The notes under the pieces: generated by a model | Told to the model about the DNA's origin: nothing | The model's input: only the letters and a program-made list of their open reading frames with translations | Databases searched by the model: none | Position numbers and translations under genes: made by a program | In this document: piece by piece, positions 52,041 through 64,000 of the stretch | Layout: the number at the start of each line of letters is the position of its first letter | Position numbering within the stretch: the first letter of the stretch is position 1 | NCBI RefSeq assembly: GCF_009914755.1 | Contig: NC_060946.1 | From: the human T2T-CHM13v2.0 reference genome, Homo sapiens | DNA length: 64,000 nucleotides | Direction: 5' to 3' (one strand)

Positions 52041-52662
52041 AAACGGATTGCCTTCTGGTCACTGCACCTGGGCAGTCCAGAGTCACAAGAAACCCCAGGC
52101 CATGTGGCAGAATGCCCACTGTCCCCACTTCACCACACTGTACTCTCTCCATCCAGTGCTAGCTGCAGCCACGCTGTCTCACAGTCCAGAATGCTAGCCA
52201 GAGACCAAGCTTTCTGCAGTGCCTTGGCTGGGGCTCACAGATAAGGATGGCTAAGCAGTGCTCCTAGAAGCCAGCAGATGCCATCAATCAGTTTTACATC
52301 CTCCAGGCACTGAGAATCTCTGGACACCTGAAGTGTCCTCTGTTGCCAGAGCTGAACTCTCAAGTGAAGACTCCAGAAGGCCCTGAAATGAGGGCAGTCT
52401 TCCATCATTGCCTGTCTGTGGCCACAAGGACACAGACTCTTTCCATGGCTGGTGAGATGTCCAGCACACTGGGGCCTCTGGAAAGCCCCTTTTCAACTTT
52501 AGGCCTTAGCTGAGCTCTCCATTTACCTCAGGCCAGGCAGTGCACATTATGGGGGACACCACTGGGTGCTGGGATGAGAATGGCACTTGGCATGTGAGCT
52601 AGGATTGAGAGCCCACCACTCTCTTCCCCAGCCAGGCGGTGGCCAGTTACCATCTCTGGCTT

Positions 52663-52938
52663 CTGTCCCCTTACCAGCCTCCTCTGCTACAATTGCATTT
52701 CTGGCAGGCAGTGGATCAGAGAAGCACCGGCAGTTGAGGACCGTGTGGAGAACCACTACTGGCCAAGCATTCCCAACCTGACAGCAGAACAGCAGTACAG
52801 CAGTGCTGAGGTGAACTTGACAGAGAACTTTGAGACCATGAAGGCAACCAACACTTCCAACTCATCACAACTTGCCTCTCCCATAGATTTATTGTAGAAG
52901 AACTCAACCATCTCCATGTCAACAAGAAATCGTCCTCA
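52663..52938 (+). pseudogene. MRPL57: MRPL57 (MRP63) mitochondrial ribosomal protein pseudogene
   Basis: Across frames LTSLL..ISGRQWI / KHRQLRTV / ENHYWPSIPNLTAEQ..ENFETMKA / HRFIVEELNHLHVNKK, compared with recalled MRPL57 LTALL..IPGRQWIGKHRRPRFV..ENHYWLSMPYMTREQ..EAFEAIKA..HRFIADQLDHLNVTKK; start and stop codons lost. Confidence 0.85.
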
Positions 52939-54969
52939 CTCTAAACTATCACCCTTGGATTTAGATCATGGGGCTGTCCTGTCTTTAGTATGGAACTGAA
53001 AAGTTTAATTTCCACAAAAGTGTAAGGCTTTGGGCTACAGCCTTATTAAAACAAACAAATATGAGCATAGTGGTCTACAGATGGAATATGTGGGGCTCTA
53101 AACAAACTGTGACTTGAAAGTATAATCATTGTCTTTTTGTTTGTTTCTTTAGCCTGGTAGGACAATGTCAGAAATTTCCTTGGTCATACGGAATATAAAA
53201 CATAGTTTGAACAAAAGCAGCAATAAAGCTACAAACTATTTTTGGTGTATTTGCTTAAGTATAAGATAGTTGATTGGGGCTTTATCATGTAACATTAGTT
53301 TGCTTAATTTTCATTAAGTTTGTTCAACTTGAATTGTGAATAAATATATGGCTGATTCATATTGTAATTAAACTGCACATTGACATAAACTGTACATTAA
53401 AAGTTGCTGCACATTGTCATCCAAAATAATACTTAAGTAAAACCAAAAATTCTATAAACCAATGTCAAGGAATGTAACCTAAAATAAACATACAGTTAAC
53501 ATGGAATTGCAAAACTAGTATGGGAGAAATATTTACCCATAAAATCTTGTTTGGAACATTGATATAATACTAGAAAAGAATTTTTCTAAATAACTACAAT
53601 GTTCAACTTTGACTGTGCATGTGTGAAGACCAGACATTTTGAATCATTGCCCTGTGGTGTGTGGCGGTACAATTTTACAGAAATGCACTACAATAATTAA
53701 TAAAATTATCTAATGGGAAGACCTTAATGAATAAGTATTTACACTATAAATATTTATAATATTGGTGCTATTATTTCACAAAATAAAAAAGCTGTATTAC
53801 AGTCTTTAAAAGCAAATAATAGCCTTACATTTCTAAATAAAGAAAAAAATATAAATTTTATGAAATACGGTTAAGAGTAATTGATAAAATAAAAATTGGG
53901 GCACAAATTATAGTTTGGATAGAGGTTGAAAAAAGTGGATGAAAATTTTAATGAGCCCTTTTTGCCTGCACTAAACTTAATCTTATAGGTAAACATTATA
54001 ATATATATAGGGTACCCACTAGCTATCTAATTTACTTTTTACACAATATATAAATCCTAGCCTATTGGTCTTAATATTTGAACCTAAAATAACACACAAA
54101 CATACAAGAGAACAAAATAAGGAAGAAGTGTACGGAGAGAGTGACATTATCAAAGTGGTGGAATAGGGGGTCCCTACTTTTGTATTCCCCTGCAGCAATA
54201 AAAACTAGTCAGCCATCCATCAACCAAAGTAACTTTATGAGAGATCCAGGCACTGTGGCTCATGACAGTACTCTCCTCCATTCAGGAGCCTGAGGTGGGA
54301 GGACTGCCAGGCCAGGAGTTCAAGAACAGCCTGGGCAATATAGTGAGCTTTGGGATACAGGGCATTATGAAACCTTGCTAAAACCCAAGATCGAAAAGGG
54401 TCATTTTGAGAAGGCAGGGCTTTTGATTAATAAGGTGCCATATTATCCAAAGCAATCTGTAAGCTAACTCAAATCCGTATCAAAATCCCTGTCCCACTTT
54501 TTATAGTAATAGAAAATGCAAGCCTACAATGTAGGCTGAATGACCAAGCCAATCATGAGGAATAAGAAAAAAGCTGGGGACATCATACTCGTGACTCACA
54601 CGAAACAGTTCAAAAGTCACTGTTTGTAGATAACCTGGGGAAAACCTGCTAGGTACTCAGTGGGAGCCACACTCACCCACATATCTGCTATTAGGCCCAG
54701 CATATAGCAGAACCTGCCCTAGTGCCTGCTCCACAAAACAAAGTCCTGAAGATAATCCAGCCTGCCCAAAAACATGACATAACTCACAACCACACGTGCT
54801 CCTGGTAACAAGCCCACTAAAGGTAAAACCCACTTCAGATTCGGCAGCCAACTTGTGATGCAGCTACAAGCCTTTTTACTGCAAACCCAGTAAAGATCTC
54901 ATCAGCCTTGAGACCCAACAGATGAAGATCTTTACCTACTAAAACCAGTTTATAAAAATTAACAGAGGT

Positions 54970-55280
54970 GGATGTGCACGGTGGCTCACACCTGTAATCC
55001 CAGCACTTTGGGAGGCCTAGGTGGGTGAATCATGAGGTCAGGAGTTCAAGTCCAGCCTGGCCAAGATGGTAAAACACTGTCTCTACTAAAAATACAAAAA
55101 TTAGCCAGGCATGATGGTTGGCGCCTGTAATCCCAGCTACTTGGGATGCTGAGGTAGAGAATTGCTTGAACCCAGGAGGCGGAGGTTGCAGTGAGCCAAG
55201 ATCGTGCCACAGCACTCCAGCCTGTGTGACAGAGTGAGACTCCGTCTCAAAAACAAAACAACAACAACAACAACAACAAA
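54970..55280 (+). mobile_element. AluS (Sg-like) with (CAA)n tail
   Basis: Dimer with GAATCATGAGGTCAGGAGTTC. Confidence 0.9.
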
Positions 55281-56569
55281 TGAAAAGAGGCGTTTGCTCC
55301 TTCAAATGTGCAAACACCAATGCAAGTCTACATTATGCCCATTCTAACGGTTCTATTTTAACATAGAACTGGAAGTCCTACATAGAATAATTAAGTCCTA
55401 CATCAAATAATTAAGCAAGAAAAGCTAAAAGATCCATATTGAAAAGAAGAAATAACGTCACTGTCTGTAGATGACATAATGTTATATATAAAAAACATAA
55501 ATAGTACATTTAAATAATGTATTTAATGCATCTATATATAAATAGTGTATCTAATAAATGCACTCAGTAAAGAAGCAGAATATACAATTAGCATACACAT
55601 ATCAGTTTTGTTTCTATATGCTAGCAACAAACCAGTAAAAAAAAAAAAATCTCATTTACAAGAGCAACAAAATAATAGATTTCTTAGCAATAAATTTAAC
55701 CAATGTGGTGAAAGATCTTTACGATAAAAATAAAATATATTGATACAAAATAAAGAAGATACAAATAAATGTAAATATATTACATATTTATGGATTAGAA
55801 GAATATTGTCTAAGTGCCATATTATCCAAAGCAATCTGTAGATTAATTCAACTTCCTATCAAAATTCCTGTGCCACTTTTTACAGTAATAGAAAATAAAG
55901 TCTGCAATGTATATAAACCTACAAGAAATATTGAATGGCCAAAGCAATCGTGAGGAATAAAACGAAATCTGGGGACATTATACTTTATTATTTAAAACTA
56001 CATTTCAAGACTACAGTAAACATAATAGAATGGAATGTTTATAGGAAGAAACACAAAAACCAATGGAACAGAATACAGAGCCCAGAAGTAAATCTATGCA
56101 CCTAAAGCTAATCTTTGACAAGGGCACTATGAATACGCCATACAAAAAGTGTAGCCTTTTCAATACTTAGTGCTGAGAAAACTGGATACTCGCAAGCACA
56201 ATAATAAAACTAGATCATATTTCCTACACCAGACACAAAAATTGACTTAAAATAAAGACTTAAATTTCATACATAAATCCTTAAAAGAAAATTTTTAGAA
56301 AAGCATATGAAAAGCATACATGATACTGGCCTTGGCAATGTTTTTTAAATATGATATCAAAAGTATAGCAATAAAACAAGACACAAAGTTGTAGTGTATT
56401 AAACTATTGTGCACAGCAAAAAAATAAGAAAACATTTAAGATGAGATAAAACATTTGTAAACCATATATGATAAGAGGTTAGTATTCAAAATATAGCAGA
56501 AACTCATACAAATCAGAAGCTAAACAATAATAATTATAATACCCAACTAAAAAATAGCAAAAGACTAAA

Positions 56570-62685
<6,116 letters not shown>

Positions 62686-63609
62686 AAGACTAAATATTTT
62701 TTACAAACATATTCAAATGGCCAACAGGTGTGTAGAAAGATGCTAAACATTACCATTCATGAGAAAATTGCAAATCAAAGGATCCCAGTTTACAGCAGTT
62801 GGAATGGCTAATATCAAAAAAAGAAACATGACAAGTGTTAACAAGGATGTGACCAAATATTTCTGTACATTCTTAATGAGTTGCAAACTGGAAGAGTCAT
62901 TGTGAAAATTAGTACGCAGGTTATTTTAAAAAATAGAACTATCGTACAATCCCGAAATTCCACTTCTGTCTATAAACAAAATAAAATCAGCATCTCAAAA
63001 ATTATCTGCACCCTTGTATTCAATGCAGCATTATTCACAACTGTCAAGGGTATTTTTTTTTAAATGACTTATCTGCAGATGCTGAATGGATAAGGAAAAT
63101 GTGGTATAAATATACAACTGAATATTATTCACCCATAAAAAAGAATGAAATTCTGCTATTTCAACAACATGAATGGACCTGGGTACATTATGCTGTGCAA
63201 AATAAGCCAGACACGGAAGGACAAACACTGTATGTTCTCACTTAAATGGAGAATTTAAAAAGCCTGAACTCATAGAAGCAGAGCGTACAATGGTAATGAC
63301 CAGGCCTGGAGGTAGAAAAAATGATAAGGTGTTCAGGGTACAAACTTTCAGTTATAAGATAAATAAGTTTTGGGGGTCTAATGTATAGCTTTAAGATGTA
63401 GTTAATAACAGTGTTTCGTATGCTTAAAATTTGCTACAACAGTAGGAGACCTCAAATGCTCTCACTACAAAAAACATAACCATGTAAGGTGACATAAATA
63501 TTCATCAACTTAATTGTATTAAACATTTTACAATATATATACCTATCAAACTTTTATAATATACACAATACATAATTATGCAATTTTTATTGGTCAAAAA
63601 ATTAATGTT

Positions 63610-63732
63610 ATGTACACATGCATATATTCACATAAGTGTGTATATACACATATATAAAACATATACGTATATATCAATTACATACGTATATACTTGTGTG
63701 TGTGTATGTGTATATATATATACATACATATC
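63610..63732. repeat. Degenerate (TA/CA/TG)n simple repeat
   Basis: Seen directly. Confidence 0.8.
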
Positions 63733-64000
63733 AATGACAATATCCTAGTAAGCTTCAAACTAAACAAGAGAAAACTATAAAATGATAACTATTTAAAAAT
63801 CAAGAAAAAAATGGGTATTTAATACATGCTCAGCAATATTCTAAGTTCCTCAATGGCAAAGTACATGTTTTAAATGTAGAAAGTAGATACATTAAACCAT
63901 ATTACAGTTTAGGAATTATGGCACAGAGTGTTTACAGTATTAGCCTCAATACATACCAAAAACTTAAAATTTTGAAGTAAAATAACATTTCGTTTTATTA

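Overview
Primate (hominoid-like) non-coding genomic DNA, almost entirely interspersed repeats; no intact protein-coding gene is supported. 2-23 kb is a full-length old L1MA2/3-like element carrying nested insertions: a 3'-truncated L1PA, an MST provirus that itself contains a young L1PA3-like element, Alus, a MaLR LTR and a CER satellite block. 24-32 kb is a decayed class-I ERV (gag-pro-pol) with an HML-2 LTR5 solo LTR and a THE1 LTR inside, ending abruptly at an orphan TUBB8-family promoter plus exon 1. Further on are a rearranged L1PA8-10, a short beta-satellite remnant, MIR/MLT/MST/THE1 elements, a decayed MRPL57 (MRP63) pseudogene, and a full-length L1PA4/5 inside an L1MA8/9. CER, beta satellite and a TUBB8 fragment together suggest a pericentromeric, acrocentric or subtelomeric segmental-duplication mosaic (inference). 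I found no evidence of a new biological system; the most interesting signals are rearrangement and repair scars. Family and subfamily calls come from recalled consensus sequences, not from database searches.
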